A DNA stretch of 64,000 nt from an uncultured Pseudanabaenaceae cyanobacterium (GCA_938021205.1 CALIGI010000058.1:13169-77168); one strand, 5' to 3'. Numbered from the stretch's first letter, positions 19,688 through 30,095 are shown. Translations and numbers: made by a program. Notes: generated by a model not told the origin, from the sequence alone.

Positions 19688-21037
19688 ATGCCACAGCTCA
19701 CTCAAACTCAGACTCCTCACCACGTTGTTATTGTGGGTGGCGGCTTCGCCGGTCTCTACGCTGCCAAATCCCTCGGCAAGTCGCCTGTCAAAGTGACTAT
19801 CGTTGATAAGCGCAATTTCCATCTATTCCAGCCATTGCTGTACCAAGTGGCCACGGGGAGTGTTTCTCCCGCAGATATCTCTTCACCGCTGCGAGGCATT
19901 CTCAACCGCCAGTCTAATACCAAGGTGCTGCTGGATGAGGTTATTGACCTAGATCCTAAGAGCAAGAACATTGTTCTTAAGGGGGGAGTTGTTTCCTACG
20001 ATTCCCTGATCATGGCGACAGGGGTCAGTCACCACTACTTTGGTAATGACCAATGGAAGGACATTGCCCCTGGCCTCAAGACCTTGGAAGATGCCTTGGA
20101 AATGCGCCGTCGTATTTTTGCTGCCTTTGAGGCCGCTGAGCAGGAAACTGATCCGGTCAAGCGCCAGGCTTGGTTGACCTTTGTGATTGTGGGTGGCGGT
20201 CCCACCGGTGTTGAATTGGCTGGGGCGATCGCTGAGTTGGCCAACCAAACCCTTAAACAAGACTTCCGTAATATCGACACCACCACTGCAAAGGTGCTGT
20301 TGATTGAGGGCCTAGACCGAGTCTTGCCTCCCTTTGCACCTGAGCTTTCTGTGGATGCTCAAAAGTCATTGGAAGAGCTTGGTGTAACGGTCTTGACGAA
20401 ACGAATGGTCACCAATATTGATGAGACCAGTGTCACCATTCGCAATGGCGATGAGAGCGAGGTTATTCCTGCTCGCACTGCCCTGTGGGCGGCTGGGGTC
20501 AAGGCTTCTCGCATGGGGGCTGTCTTGGCAGAACGCACCGGAGCTGAGTTAGATCGCTCGGGCCGCGTCACTGTTGAACCAGACTTCTCCATCCAGGGCA
20601 ATCCCGACATCTTTGTTGTGGGTGATCTGGCCTGTTATCTGGAAGAAGGTGCTGAGCGGCCTTTGCCCGGTGTTGCGCCAGTGGCGATGCAGCAAGGTAA
20701 CTATGTCGCAAAGTTGATTCGCGATCGCCTCAATGGTGCCACCACTAAACCCTTCAGCTACTCCAATATGGGCAGCATGGCTGTCATTGGTCAGAACAAA
20801 GCGGTGGTTGACCTCAATTTTATTAAGTTTGCAGGTCCCCTGGCTTGGTTCGTCTGGATCTTTGCGCACATCTATTACCTCATTGAGTTCGATAACAAGC
20901 TTGTGGTCATGATCCAATGGGCTTGGAACTACTTCACCCGCAATCGGGGAGCTCGCATCATCACTGGTCTAGAAGGTAATCCGATCCAGGCGAGACAACA
21001 GCAGTCTGAACAGGCCAAGACTACGACTAAGGTGTAG
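19688..21037 (+). CDS. Type II NAD(P)H dehydrogenase (NDH-2).
   Basis: Two dinucleotide-binding Rossmann motifs (VVIVGGGFAGL and FVIVGGGPTGVELAG) and the NDH-2 core KVTIVDKRNFHLFQPLLYQVATG. Confidence 0.9.
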   Translation: MPQLTQTQTPHHVVIVGGGFAGLYAAKSLGKSPVKVTIVDKRNFHLFQPLLYQVATGSVSPADISSPLRGILNRQSNTKVLLDEVIDLDPKSKNIVLKGGVVSYDSLIMATGVSHHYFGNDQWKDIAPGLKTLEDALEMRRRIFAAFEAAEQETDPVKRQAWLTFVIVGGGPTGVELAGAIAELANQTLKQDFRNIDTTTAKVLLIEGLDRVLPPFAPELSVDAQKSLEELGVTVLTKRMVTNIDETSVTIRNGDESEVIPARTALWAAGVKASRMGAVLAERTGAELDRSGRVTVEPDFSIQGNPDIFVVGDLACYLEEGAERPLPGVAPVAMQQGNYVAKLIRDRLNGATTKPFSYSNMGSMAVIGQNKAVVDLNFIKFAGPLAWFVWIFAHIYYLIEFDNKLVVMIQWAWNYFTRNRGARIITGLEGNPIQARQQQSEQAKTTTKV

Positions 21038-21173
21038 CGACTTGCTCGCTTAACCCAAGCGGAGCTGTCGCTACTGCTTGGTTTGATGGGGCAAAGTCTC
21101 CCCACATCCAAATCCAAATGGACAGCTCCTAATTTTTTGCCAGGTGCTGTCAATTTGGGTTGACCTGTAAGGC

Positions 21174-21581
21174 CTAGGTTGCCCCTTTGTGGATGGCTCG
21201 ATAGGGGGTATACCACCATTGTTTTTGGTCTGGGGAGAGGCGATCGCTATACAGCGTCATGACAAAGGCCTCACCGCTATAGCCCGGCTCCAAAATTTCC
21301 ACACTGTAGGAGGGGGCTTTTTTCACCGAAATATCGGGTGTAAACCGTCTTCCAATCCGTCGCCAACTCGGCTCTTTGCCCCGCCAATTTAAGCGACAGC
21401 AAGGCCAAGGCAGGGTCTCCCGATCAAATAAACGGCAGCAAGGACCAATGATGCGATAGGTGTAATGGCCCCCTAAGCTAGAGGTTATGTATCCGCTGGG
21501 AAGTGGATGAACCAAGGGGAATACCTCAGCCTCTAGGGACTGGGTTAGGGGAGATGAAGACGTCATCGGTAGCGTAGCCAC
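21174..21581 (-). CDS. Hypothetical protein (135 aa).
   Basis: ORF only. Moderate codon-like composition. Confidence 0.3.
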   Translation of the reverse strand: MATLPMTSSSPLTQSLEAEVFPLVHPLPSGYITSSLGGHYTYRIIGPCCRLFDRETLPWPCCRLNWRGKEPSWRRIGRRFTPDISVKKAPSYSVEILEPGYSGEAFVMTLYSDRLSPDQKQWWYTPYRAIHKGAT

Positions 21582-21671
21582 AGTAACAAAACGCTACATC
21601 TATGCTCCCATGGAAATAGGGCTCTGGGCAAGGTCCTGAACCGGCATCAGCTTGGTGCTGTCTAAGAGCCG

Positions 21672-23585
21672 TTATGTCTTGGGCAAGGAGCGGGGCTGAA
21701 ATGTTCCTTTTCCAGAAAAGCTTTCCGGTGGGCTGACGGACTGTTGCAGGATGGGCTGATCGGAACTCCCTTCCAAGCCAGCATTAGAGCGAATGCGATT
21801 GAGCTGCTTCAAGGCCCAGCGTGCGGTGTCTTGCACCTCAGGCTCAGGATCTTCCAGCGCAGACTGTAGCAAATGACTAATTTGGGCGACGAGGTCATAG
21901 ATGCGCGTCAGGTCGCGAATCGCGTTTTTGCGAACTTCAGCGTTCTCGTCTTGGAGAGAAATGGCCAGAGCTTGCTTCATTGGCTTCAGGGTCTGGGTGC
22001 CAATCTCGGACAGGGTTGCCAAAATTAAGCTGCGCTGGCGGGAATCAGAATTGGTCATCATGTTGACCAGGGGCTGAATCGCTCGGGAGTCACAACGCTG
22101 GCCCAGCTCCCAAATGGCTTTCCGCCGTTTGGTTGGGTCAGCCCCTTGCAAATCAGTGATCAGCGTTTCCACAATGTCGACCCGTCCCTGGAGGGGAGTT
22201 GTAGCCAATTCGGGCTGTTCAATGGCCCCTGTTGAAGCAGTACGGACAATTTCTGATGGAGCTGGAGGAGGGGGAGGGGGCGTTGGGGAAACGCGTCTTG
22301 CCTTCTTTCTGCCAGGCTTAGCGCTGCGAGTTTTGGAGAGATTGGAAGACTGTCCCTGGTTCGTTGCCTTTGCCGGTCTGGATTGGCTTTGAGCAGAGGC
22401 GACCTTCTTGCCCTTGGCGGTTTTGGGTTGAGCTGCCGGTGTGGTTGTTCGGGCAGTTGAGCTCTGGCTAAGAGCAGCAGCCCTGGCAGTCTGGGTAGCG
22501 ATCTCTACTGCTGTATCTGTTTGGGATTCTTCCTGCTGCTTTTGCTTTAATGCTTTAAATTGGGCCTCTGCAAAACGTTGTTCTGCGGCTTCCTCTATGT
22601 CATTGCGGATTGGCTTCGCAGGTTTTTTGACAGGGAGATTTTCTGACGGCTTCGCGCGCGCTAGCGATCGCGTTGGGCTTGTTTCGCCCTCTGGAGATTC
22701 CTCCGCGGCAGACTTCTTCCCGATGTCCGGGATTTGTCCCGTTGCTTCCGGCAAATTAACCTCTTCCAAAGCTGAGAAGTCAGTCATCTCCTCCTCAAAA
22801 TCCTGAGCGCTTTGGCTCATTGGCTGCAACGCTTTGGAAGATTGGACTGCTAAAGCAGCAGGGATTGTGATGGGAGAAACATCGTGGGAATCGACGTCTC
22901 CGCGTCTAGGTTCCGTTGCTTGGGAGAGGTAGCTTTTTCCTCCGGGAAAATCATCATCCATATAGTCATCGTCTTCATCCCTTGCATCGGGATAAGCCAA
23001 TGGCTGGGGAACCGCTACAGAGAGCATCTTCCAGAGACCAAATCCACCCGCTCCCAGGCCGACTAGCGCAGCCACTGCGATCAGCAAGCGCAATTTACTG
23101 TCAGGAGCTGAATTGCTTGATTCAGCTTCTAAGGCTGACGTCTCTGTCTCGGCAGCCGCTGTGTTGGGCGTTTCAAGCTCTCCAGTCAAAGGCCCCCAAG
23201 TCGAATTATCCACCGAGCCAGTAGGCTCTAAGCCCTGGCCCGTTTGAAAGTCCTTAACCGCTTTAACGGTCTCTGTATTGAAATCACCATTAATGGTGCC
23301 CCTGTACAGACCTTGCTCCTGGAGTAAAATTTGCACCTGAATGACTAAGGGGCCATTACTGCCTAGGCCTAAAGTGGGTCTATCCACAGCCTTCCTTGCC
23401 GCTTTCCCTGGCTCGCCAGATGAGTCCGTTGCTTGACTGAGGAGTAACTCACCCTGAAGCGAAGTTTCATGAGACCCATGGCCATCTTTCCCGGAGGCAG
23501 CTAAAGCCATCGTAGAAAAGCCTTGACTCAATAGAGCGCAGCTTACAAGCAGCATCCACATTGGACGGCGAGAAATCATGGGCAT
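21672..23585 (-). CDS. Bitopic protein with a signal peptide, a peptidoglycan-binding (PG_binding_1-like) domain, a single TM helix, an acidic/Pro-rich linker and C-terminal HEAT-like repeats.
   Basis: LVIQVQILLQEQGLYRGTINGDFNTETVKAVKDFQ (PG-binding). TM LLIAVAALVGLGAGGFGLW. PTPPPPPPAP linker. Repeats DPTKRRKAIWELG/DSRQRSLILATLSEIG/NAEVRKNAIRDL/EPEVQDTARWALKQL. Confidence 0.6.
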   Translation of the reverse strand: MPMISRRPMWMLLVSCALLSQGFSTMALAASGKDGHGSHETSLQGELLLSQATDSSGEPGKAARKAVDRPTLGLGSNGPLVIQVQILLQEQGLYRGTINGDFNTETVKAVKDFQTGQGLEPTGSVDNSTWGPLTGELETPNTAAAETETSALEAESSNSAPDSKLRLLIAVAALVGLGAGGFGLWKMLSVAVPQPLAYPDARDEDDDYMDDDFPGGKSYLSQATEPRRGDVDSHDVSPITIPAALAVQSSKALQPMSQSAQDFEEEMTDFSALEEVNLPEATGQIPDIGKKSAAEESPEGETSPTRSLARAKPSENLPVKKPAKPIRNDIEEAAEQRFAEAQFKALKQKQQEESQTDTAVEIATQTARAAALSQSSTARTTTPAAQPKTAKGKKVASAQSQSRPAKATNQGQSSNLSKTRSAKPGRKKARRVSPTPPPPPPAPSEIVRTASTGAIEQPELATTPLQGRVDIVETLITDLQGADPTKRRKAIWELGQRCDSRAIQPLVNMMTNSDSRQRSLILATLSEIGTQTLKPMKQALAISLQDENAEVRKNAIRDLTRIYDLVAQISHLLQSALEDPEPEVQDTARWALKQLNRIRSNAGLEGSSDQPILQQSVSPPESFSGKGTFQPRSLPKT

Positions 23586-23953
23586 GGGCTCAGGCGTAGA
23601 AGAATACAGATATCAGCTTGGTGCTCAGGACCAACCCATTCACAAAAAATCCAACTCTCTAAAATCACACAGGTCTTCGTAGATCGACACAAATAGTCGC
23701 CAAATTAATGGGGATGGAAGTCAACCCGAGCCAGTGAATTTGAGAGAGGGCCAAATGACCCAGGTCATCCCTTACACCATACGTAGCAAAAGACCAACAA
23801 ACAGGGATCTTATATACGTATGTTTGTGCGTGATCTGGGAGAGACACATCACCTCTATAGCAATAGCCATGCAGATGGGACTGGAAGAAACAAAGCCCTA
23901 AGACCCAGGCAATGGTCACTGTTCTTTTCAGAATGCCCGCCTCGGCTTGAAGA

Positions 23954-23981
23954 ATAAGCCCCATGGGGCTTTATTTTTTTG
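23954..23981 (+). terminator. Orphan intrinsic terminator on the plus strand.
   Basis: aagcccc-atg-gggctt followed by tattttttt. No annotated plus-strand gene lies upstream. Confidence 0.55.
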
Positions 23982-24227
23982 ATGCAGTAATTCTAGATTG
24001 GGGTCTTTCAGCACATCGACTGTGGCTTGTTAGCCATGTCCAGAGCAACTCTCGGAAGATCGGTTCTGTTTGCTGATGAGTTGTTACTGGGGCTGTAATC
24101 TATCGCCATGGTCACATCATGTTGGACATTCATTGTTTATTCAAGCTATGCATTACAGACGGTGAGGTGAATTGCAGCTCTAACAACTAAAGCCGTTGCG
24201 ATAAATGAACCAGGCTTCTGCTTCCAA

Positions 24228-25340
24228 TTACGTTCTCTCGTGATTAGAATTTGTTTTTGCTGTAACCGAGGCCGGTTGATCTGGGGCGATAGCATCGATA
24301 GTCTTTGGGCTATTTGCCGGATCAGGATTGTTGGAGAGGCGCTGAGCGATCGCCTCCCGCTGATTGATTAAGTAAATACTGACCAAAGTTAGGGCAACCC
24401 CAAACATCTGTAGCTGACTCAATACCTCCTGGAGAAACAAACTGCCAAATAGCAATGCGAACACGGGGGTTAGGAAGGTTAATGCGCTTAAGCTTGTCAA
24501 ACTGCCACTGGCCGCAAAATAAAAGAACAAACCATAGGCAATGGCACTGCCAAAGACAGAGGCATAACCCAACGCCAACCAATCCACTGCTGTTAAGCTC
24601 GCCGTCGCCCCGGTTTCCCATTGCCAGGACAGCAATGCGACCGGCAATCCCCCTAGGATCATGTGCCAACCTGTGGCCATGATGGGGTCAGCCTGGCGGG
24701 AAACATAGCGACTCAAGATCGTCCCTACCGCCATGGAGAGCGAAGCCAATAGCATGAGCCATTCGCCATTTTGGAATAGAGCGGCCCACAAATTTTTGCT
24801 CGGTAGGAGGGTGGCTAGACTGATCGCTTCAGCAGGCGCGAAACCACTCCAAGATTGCAGCATCTGCCAGAGGGACTGACTAGCCTGGATGATCCACTCA
24901 TCAGGTAGTCCCAATAGGCTAATGCCGACAATCCCAAAAGCCATCCCTAACCATCCCCAGAGGCCAATCTGTTCCCCAAAGAGCCAACTGGCCAACAGGG
25001 CTACGGCTAGGGGTTGGGAGTCAATCATGACGGAACCTAGTCCAGCCCCTGTGCGCTGTAGACCCTCCGCCAGGAGGGTTTGAAATAGGGTGGCATCCAC
25101 CCCGGCAAAGGCGAGAATCCAAGCCCAGCTACGCCAGCCCTTGGGCTGGGGTTTACCCATGATCATACCCACAGCCAAAACCAATAGCCCCGCTGGCAAG
25201 AGGCGTATGCTCGCTAGAAACAAGGGAGACGTGTGGCCCAAGCTACCCTTCATGGCGACCATTGCTGTACCCCATAAAAAGAAGGGAGCAATGAGGAGTG
25301 GGACGGGGAAGCTAGAGCGCGGCTGGGGAGAGACGGTCAT
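24228..25340 (-). CDS. DMT-superfamily (EamA-like) transporter. The start is assigned to the internal MTVSPQ; the six-frame ORF extends to 25610.
   Basis: Ten predicted TM helices in two EamA-like halves. The 90-aa N-terminal extension in the raw ORF is non-membrane and has odd composition. Confidence 0.75.
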   Translation of the reverse strand: MTVSPQPRSSFPVPLLIAPFFLWGTAMVAMKGSLGHTSPLFLASIRLLPAGLLVLAVGMIMGKPQPKGWRSWAWILAFAGVDATLFQTLLAEGLQRTGAGLGSVMIDSQPLAVALLASWLFGEQIGLWGWLGMAFGIVGISLLGLPDEWIIQASQSLWQMLQSWSGFAPAEAISLATLLPSKNLWAALFQNGEWLMLLASLSMAVGTILSRYVSRQADPIMATGWHMILGGLPVALLSWQWETGATASLTAVDWLALGYASVFGSAIAYGLFFYFAASGSLTSLSALTFLTPVFALLFGSLFLQEVLSQLQMFGVALTLVSIYLINQREAIAQRLSNNPDPANSPKTIDAIAPDQPASVTAKTNSNHERT

Positions 25341-25883
25341 GAAAAGGGCGTAACCGGAAGAAAAAGGATGCGATCGCAAATCCAAAACCCAGATCAACCC
25401 ACAGCAATGAAGAATTTCCGCAGACAGGCCTGGGAAAACTTGTTGCGATAGGCCGAAGCGGATCATAGAAATCCTGTCTACTAATTCTAAGGGAGGGTTG
25501 CTTTTGAAACTGCTGGATTTAGAACATTTCCAGCCCCTTTTGAAAGTCCTGTCAACTTCAGCAAGGCCAAGCTCAGAGACAAGGTTAGAGCTAAACAACC
25601 TTCGCTGCATCAGCTTGGATTCTTCACCACAGGGAGCCAGCTACATCACTCGCGATGTCGGTTCGATCGCTTTCTCTAAGACTCGAACTTGCTAAATTGT
25701 TTCACTCATCTTTTTTAGGGGATGTTGGGATAACGCTACCTTGAGCCCATCTTATGGATTATCTCTAGGCCGTCATACTGGAATTGCCCTATCGACGTAG
25801 CATCTGAGCAGAGATGAGGCCTGACCGCCACACCTCAGCGGCCCAGCTAAAATCGTCCCCCGAAAGCCCAAGCCCCAAAATCT

Positions 25884-26702
25884 ATGATCTGGCCGTTCAA
25901 ACCCCGCCCCCGCAAAAAACTTGCCCGCATTGAAGTCTCTGGCGCGATCGCTAGCGGTACCCGAGAGCGTCTTCTAAAAGCTCTCAAAATCGTTGAAGAA
26001 AAGCGTTACCCCGGCTTGCTCCTCCGCATCGATAGCCCCGGCGGCACGGTTGGAGACTCCCAAGAAATCTACGATGCCCTGCGGCGGCTCCAGGCCAAAA
26101 CGAAAATTGTGGCGAGCTTTGGTAACATCTCCGCCTCCGGTGGGGTTTACATCGCCATGGGCTGTCACCACATCGTTTCTAACCCGGGGGCTATCACGGG
26201 CAGCATTGGTGTGATTTTGCGAGGTAATAACCTAGAACGCCTGTTAGATAAAGTGGGTGTGTCCTTCAAGGTCGTCAAATCTGGCCCCTATAAAGACATC
26301 TTGGCCTTTGACCGCGAACTAACTGGGGAAGAAGAAACCATTCTCCAAGCCCTGATCGACAGCAGTTACGAGCAATTTGTCAAAGCAGTTTCAGATGCTC
26401 GACAGCTAGAGCCTGAGGCCGTTAGAGGCTTTGCAGATGGACGTGTTTTCACGGGTGAGCAAGCCTTGAAATTGGGCCTCGTCGATCGCCTCGGCAGCGA
26501 GGAAGATGCCAAGCGCTGGCTCGCTGAGCTGGTTGATCTCGACCCTGAGAAAGTTGAAGTGGACAGCATGGAAGAACCCAAGCCCTTTTGGAATCGCTTC
26601 CTACCCGGTAGTAGCCGTGCGGAACTCAACAATATGGGCCTTGCACAACTCAACTTCGATCTCAAAACCAGTGGCTTACCGCTTTGGCTCTACCGACCTT
26701 AA
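25884..26702 (+). CDS. sppA: Signal peptide peptidase SppA, 36K type (S49 family).
   Basis: IEVSGAIASG...LLLRIDSPGGTVGDSQEIYDAL...SGGVYIAMGC, a ClpP-like fold. Confidence 0.85.
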   Translation: MIWPFKPRPRKKLARIEVSGAIASGTRERLLKALKIVEEKRYPGLLLRIDSPGGTVGDSQEIYDALRRLQAKTKIVASFGNISASGGVYIAMGCHHIVSNPGAITGSIGVILRGNNLERLLDKVGVSFKVVKSGPYKDILAFDRELTGEEETILQALIDSSYEQFVKAVSDARQLEPEAVRGFADGRVFTGEQALKLGLVDRLGSEEDAKRWLAELVDLDPEKVEVDSMEEPKPFWNRFLPGSSRAELNNMGLAQLNFDLKTSGLPLWLYRP

Positions 26703-26932
26703 GTTGGCATCTTGAGTCTGTTCGTTGATCAGCCTCAAGGCTGAGCCTGTTATCCAAAGTTCCTGGTACTTTGTAATTCGCGCCTACCAGGGGCAATTCC
26801 ATGGTTTCGCAAACAAGCTTGTTTGATACCCTAGACCTCGGGCAGGATATCCTTAGGCACTCATGGTCCTCAACTGGCCCAGGGTCACCCTAGACCTTAA
26901 ACCCTACTAAGTGATACCGGGAGGATCTGACT

Positions 26933-27322
26933 GTGGAATGGCGTGCATGTGCAATTCGAGGGGCTACAACAGTGCCGGAGAATTCAGCAGCAGCAATTGA
27001 GCTGGCTGTCACTGAGCTACTCGATGAGCTGGAGGCAAAGAATGCCATTCCAACGCAGGATATGGTTAGCGTCACATTTTCAGTGACCAACGACCTGGAT
27101 GCTATTTTCCCAGCCTCCGTGGCGCGCCGTCGTCCTGGTTGGCAAAGCGTTCCGTTGCTGGATGTTCAGCAAATGGCTGTGCAAGGTAGCTTAGAGCGCT
27201 GTATACGCCTCCTGCTCCACTTCAATTGTTCAAGGCCTCAGCAGCAGGTGTTCCACACTTATCTGCGTAACGCAAAGAACCTACGGCCAGATCTCGCTCA
27301 ACCTGAGGCAATTCCGTCCTAG
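26933..27322 (+). CDS. aroH: AroH-type monofunctional chorismate mutase.
   Basis: WRACAIRGATTVPENSAAAIELAVTELLDEL matches the B. subtilis AroH class N-terminus. Length of about 129 aa. Confidence 0.75.
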   Translation: MEWRACAIRGATTVPENSAAAIELAVTELLDELEAKNAIPTQDMVSVTFSVTNDLDAIFPASVARRRPGWQSVPLLDVQQMAVQGSLERCIRLLLHFNCSRPQQQVFHTYLRNAKNLRPDLAQPEAIPS

Positions 27323-27406
27323 TCGTTTCGCTGAACGATTGCTGACAATCGCAAAGGCTGGCCTGATTATTTCGTCATTTACTGATTTGCAATCTAGTTT
27401 AAAAGA

Positions 27407-27439
27407 AAAGGCCGCTGCGGTTTACGCAGCGGCCTTTCG
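27407..27439. terminator. Bidirectional intrinsic terminator between the convergent aroH and desaturase genes.
   Basis: Perfect stem aaaggccgctgcg-gttta-cgcagcggccttt with A/T runs on both sides. Confidence 0.7.
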
Positions 27440-27480
27440 ACTATGGATCAAAATTGCTCTTCTAAGAAAAGGAAGCGCTA

Positions 27481-28581
27481 TTAAAGACTACTCACCTTAA
27501 CGGGCTCCGGAGCAGCTACAGTTTCAGCATCCGCTATTGCATTAGACCGACGCTTCATGGGTTTAACTACAGAACCCACAACAGATCCGTGGTGATTCAG
27601 GTCTTGGCTGGCCAAAGTGTAAGCATCAACCAAATCAGATTCAGTGATTTTTGCCTTAGCGAGTTCCTGTTCAAGAGAAGGGGCTAGGTCAGCACCATGG
27701 TCACCATGTCCACCCCAGCGAATTCCACAGAATATGTCATAGACCACTCCCCAAAAGTCCTGCTTCGTTTGGAATATTCCCATTTTTTGGGGAGAGCCCT
27801 TCGCATCCAAAATGTGGCGGGTTGCGAAGTAGGCGCTCTGGTACTTGTACCAGGGGATCTTTGGCCAGAGATGGTGGATCAGATGGTAGTTCTGACCCAT
27901 GATCAAAATGTTGAGTAGCTTGCCGGGGTAAACGCGGGCATTTTTCCAGCGATCGCGCTCGGCAAAAGGTCGATGGGGCAAGTAATCAAAGAACAAGCCC
28001 AAAGCCATTCCCACAATCAAAGCAGGAGTGAACCAGTAGTTCATCAAGTAGGGCATGAAATCGAAGCGTACCGCAGCTGTCACAATTGCGGCTACTGCAA
28101 GACGTCCCAAGAACCATTCCAGCAGCTCGTAGTTGCGCCATAGCTTGCGCCGGAAGAAATAAATCTCGTGGTAGAAGAAGCGCGGTGCAATGAGCAGCAG
28201 CGGTCCTCCTGTGGAGACGAAGTGATCGGGGTCGTTCTTTGGATCATTCACATTGGCGTGGTGCTGCATGTGAACGCGGGTGAACACCGGGAATGAGAAA
28301 CCCAATAGCAGCGCACTCGCATGACCCATGGCCGCGTTGAAGCGTCTATCGGGATGAGCCGCATGGTGAGATGCGTCATGGATGACTGTCCCTGCAAGGT
28401 GCAAGGCAATTACGTTCATCGAAAAACAGCACCAATTCATCCAACCCCAGCAGAAGTGGCCGGCAGTTGCCAGCGCCACAAGGGCAAATGCACCGAGAAT
28501 CATCCAAACATTGGGATTGAACTTACCCGGCGGACGCACAAACGCCCTTGGTACCGTCAGGGGCAATGAAGCCTCCGACAT
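27481..28581 (-). CDS. crtR: Fatty-acid-desaturase-family di-iron membrane oxygenase, probably a CrtR-type beta-carotene hydroxylase.
   Basis: Three His boxes: HDASHH, HMQHH and HLIHH. The HDASH first box is the CrtR/CrtW-like variant rather than the HDCGH of DesA. Confidence 0.6.
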   Translation of the reverse strand: MSEASLPLTVPRAFVRPPGKFNPNVWMILGAFALVALATAGHFCWGWMNWCCFSMNVIALHLAGTVIHDASHHAAHPDRRFNAAMGHASALLLGFSFPVFTRVHMQHHANVNDPKNDPDHFVSTGGPLLLIAPRFFYHEIYFFRRKLWRNYELLEWFLGRLAVAAIVTAAVRFDFMPYLMNYWFTPALIVGMALGLFFDYLPHRPFAERDRWKNARVYPGKLLNILIMGQNYHLIHHLWPKIPWYKYQSAYFATRHILDAKGSPQKMGIFQTKQDFWGVVYDIFCGIRWGGHGDHGADLAPSLEQELAKAKITESDLVDAYTLASQDLNHHGSVVGSVVKPMKRRSNAIADAETVAAPEPVKVSSL

Positions 28582-29023
28582 TGGTTCACACTCCTTACCA
28601 CTCGCTACTCGCTAGGGCCCTAAAGACTGAAAAGCGTTCGCCCGAAGATAACACGTGCGAACGGCTTAGCTGCCAAATTCCAAGGCTGCCTGGCTTTCTT
28701 TCGGTAGTATAAGCCAGTTATTACGAACAATAAAGTTTCCTGACAGGATTCTGATAATTTTGCCGCATCCCTCTAATGGGAGAATCCAGCTCACAGGGCT
28801 ATTTCCCTGGATCTCACCCTTTAAACCTAGAAGAACCTGCTTGAATCATTGTCAATGCACTTTATCTGGGGCCCTAGGGCTGATGCCTGCTTACAAAGAA
28901 GTCCAGGTCGCTCTGGCTTTTCCTCCTCCCCAAAAACCAAAGGGCGTCGCAGAGATTGCAACGCCCTTTGGTTTTCTATCCCCTAGAGACTTGCTAGGAG
29001 TAGATGTTTCTAACGGAACCTGA

Positions 29024-29105
29024 TGCGGATGAAGGGACTTGAACCCCCACGCCTTGCGGCACTAGTACCTAAAACTAGCGCGTCTACCAATTCCGCCACA
29101 TCCGC
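29024..29105 (-). tRNA. tRNA-Leu (anticodon TAG), type II with a long variable arm; CCA not encoded.
   Basis: The reverse complement reads GCGGATGTGGCGGAATTGGTAGACGC-G-CTAGT-TTTAGGT-ACTAG-...-GGGTTCAAGTCCCTTCATCCGCA. It has a 7-bp acceptor stem, a T-loop GTTCAAGTC and an anticodon loop with U33 and TAG. Confidence 0.85.
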
Positions 29106-29203
29106 AGGTCGGAATCCATACTAACAAAATTCAGCACAAACATTTCCCACGCTCGAAATTTATCTGAGTCTCATGTCTGTTCGAAAGGCCGAATGGCCTT
29201 CAC

Positions 29204-29800
29204 CTAGGCTCTTCGCAGCACAAATAAACTGCCTGCATTACCGCGATTAATCCGCAGTTCCTGGTCCAAGTAGGTCACATCAATCCAGCCCGGCCGTTCT
29301 CGGGGTTTGATCTGAATATCCACAGCAGGTAACCGCTTGCCTGAGTCTAATGTCTCAATCCAAGAGCCGGGGGCTTTGTAGCCCGCTAAGCCTTGGAGCC
29401 CGAAGACAGCCCGCTCAAAGTTGACGTTGAGCCGTTGTGCTGAGACCACTTCAAACTTCGCGACCACACTGACTAAGCCATTCAGGGCCAGAGGGCTTTG
29501 GGTTTCAGCGATGTTGTAAACGCGGCTGCCATCCAGGCGAATACATTGGTAAATCTGTCCTAAGTCCAGCAGAGGAAAGCGGTTGATGCCCAGTAGCTCG
29601 GTGCTGGTCGTGTAGAGCAAACGCCAATTTCCATTGAGGAGTTCCCCTGCCGCAGTTGGCTCAGGGGTGGGATTACGTTCTTCTAGGCGGGTTGCTGCGG
29701 CCATGATGGCGCTGCGCTGTTCCGGGGATGCCAGGATGCCACGATTGGTGGGGGCGATCGCAGCGAGTAAATCTTCCTTACCGAGCATGGGCGTCTCCAA
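29204..29800 (-). CDS. Fibrillin / plastid-lipid-associated protein (PAP) family protein.
   Basis: DLLAAIAPTNRG...SPEQRSAIMAAATRLE...GNWRLLYTTS...WIDVTYLDQELRINRGNAGSLFVLRR are typical PAP_fibrillin motifs. Confidence 0.75.
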   Translation of the reverse strand: METPMLGKEDLLAAIAPTNRGILASPEQRSAIMAAATRLEERNPTPEPTAAGELLNGNWRLLYTTSTELLGINRFPLLDLGQIYQCIRLDGSRVYNIAETQSPLALNGLVSVVAKFEVVSAQRLNVNFERAVFGLQGLAGYKAPGSWIETLDSGKRLPAVDIQIKPRERPGWIDVTYLDQELRINRGNAGSLFVLRRA

Positions 29801-30095
29801 AGATATCAGGGGGAGTTTGCGAGAATGGTGGAACCATCCGAATTGTCATGGCGTAATCAACTCAAGTGACATCCTCAAAAGCTGAAAGCGCAAGGGCTGA
29901 GGTTTTCAACTATGATGGGGGACGCTATACCGTCAGATTGGCAAGTGATTGGTCTGACACCAGACACCGCAAGGTGAACTACGGATGGGGAATCTAGCCC
30001 AATATAAGGGCTTAGGTTTACAGGCTAGCGAATCCTGCCCCAACCTCACTTCCCCCTGTGATTGAACCGTTGAGTTTCGAAGGAATCCCCCGACG

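Noticed and set aside
22114-23224. Plus-strand ORFs (60-121 aa) antisense to the PG-binding/HEAT protein gene.
   Set aside because: They are antisense to a long continuous ORF with clear domain content, and their products are low-complexity (Ala/Ser/Gly/Pro runs).
25341-25610. N-terminal 90-aa extension of the DMT transporter ORF.
   Set aside because: The extension is non-membrane, Ser/Lys-rich and unlike transporter N-termini. An internal Met immediately precedes the first TM helix, so the start was moved to 25340.
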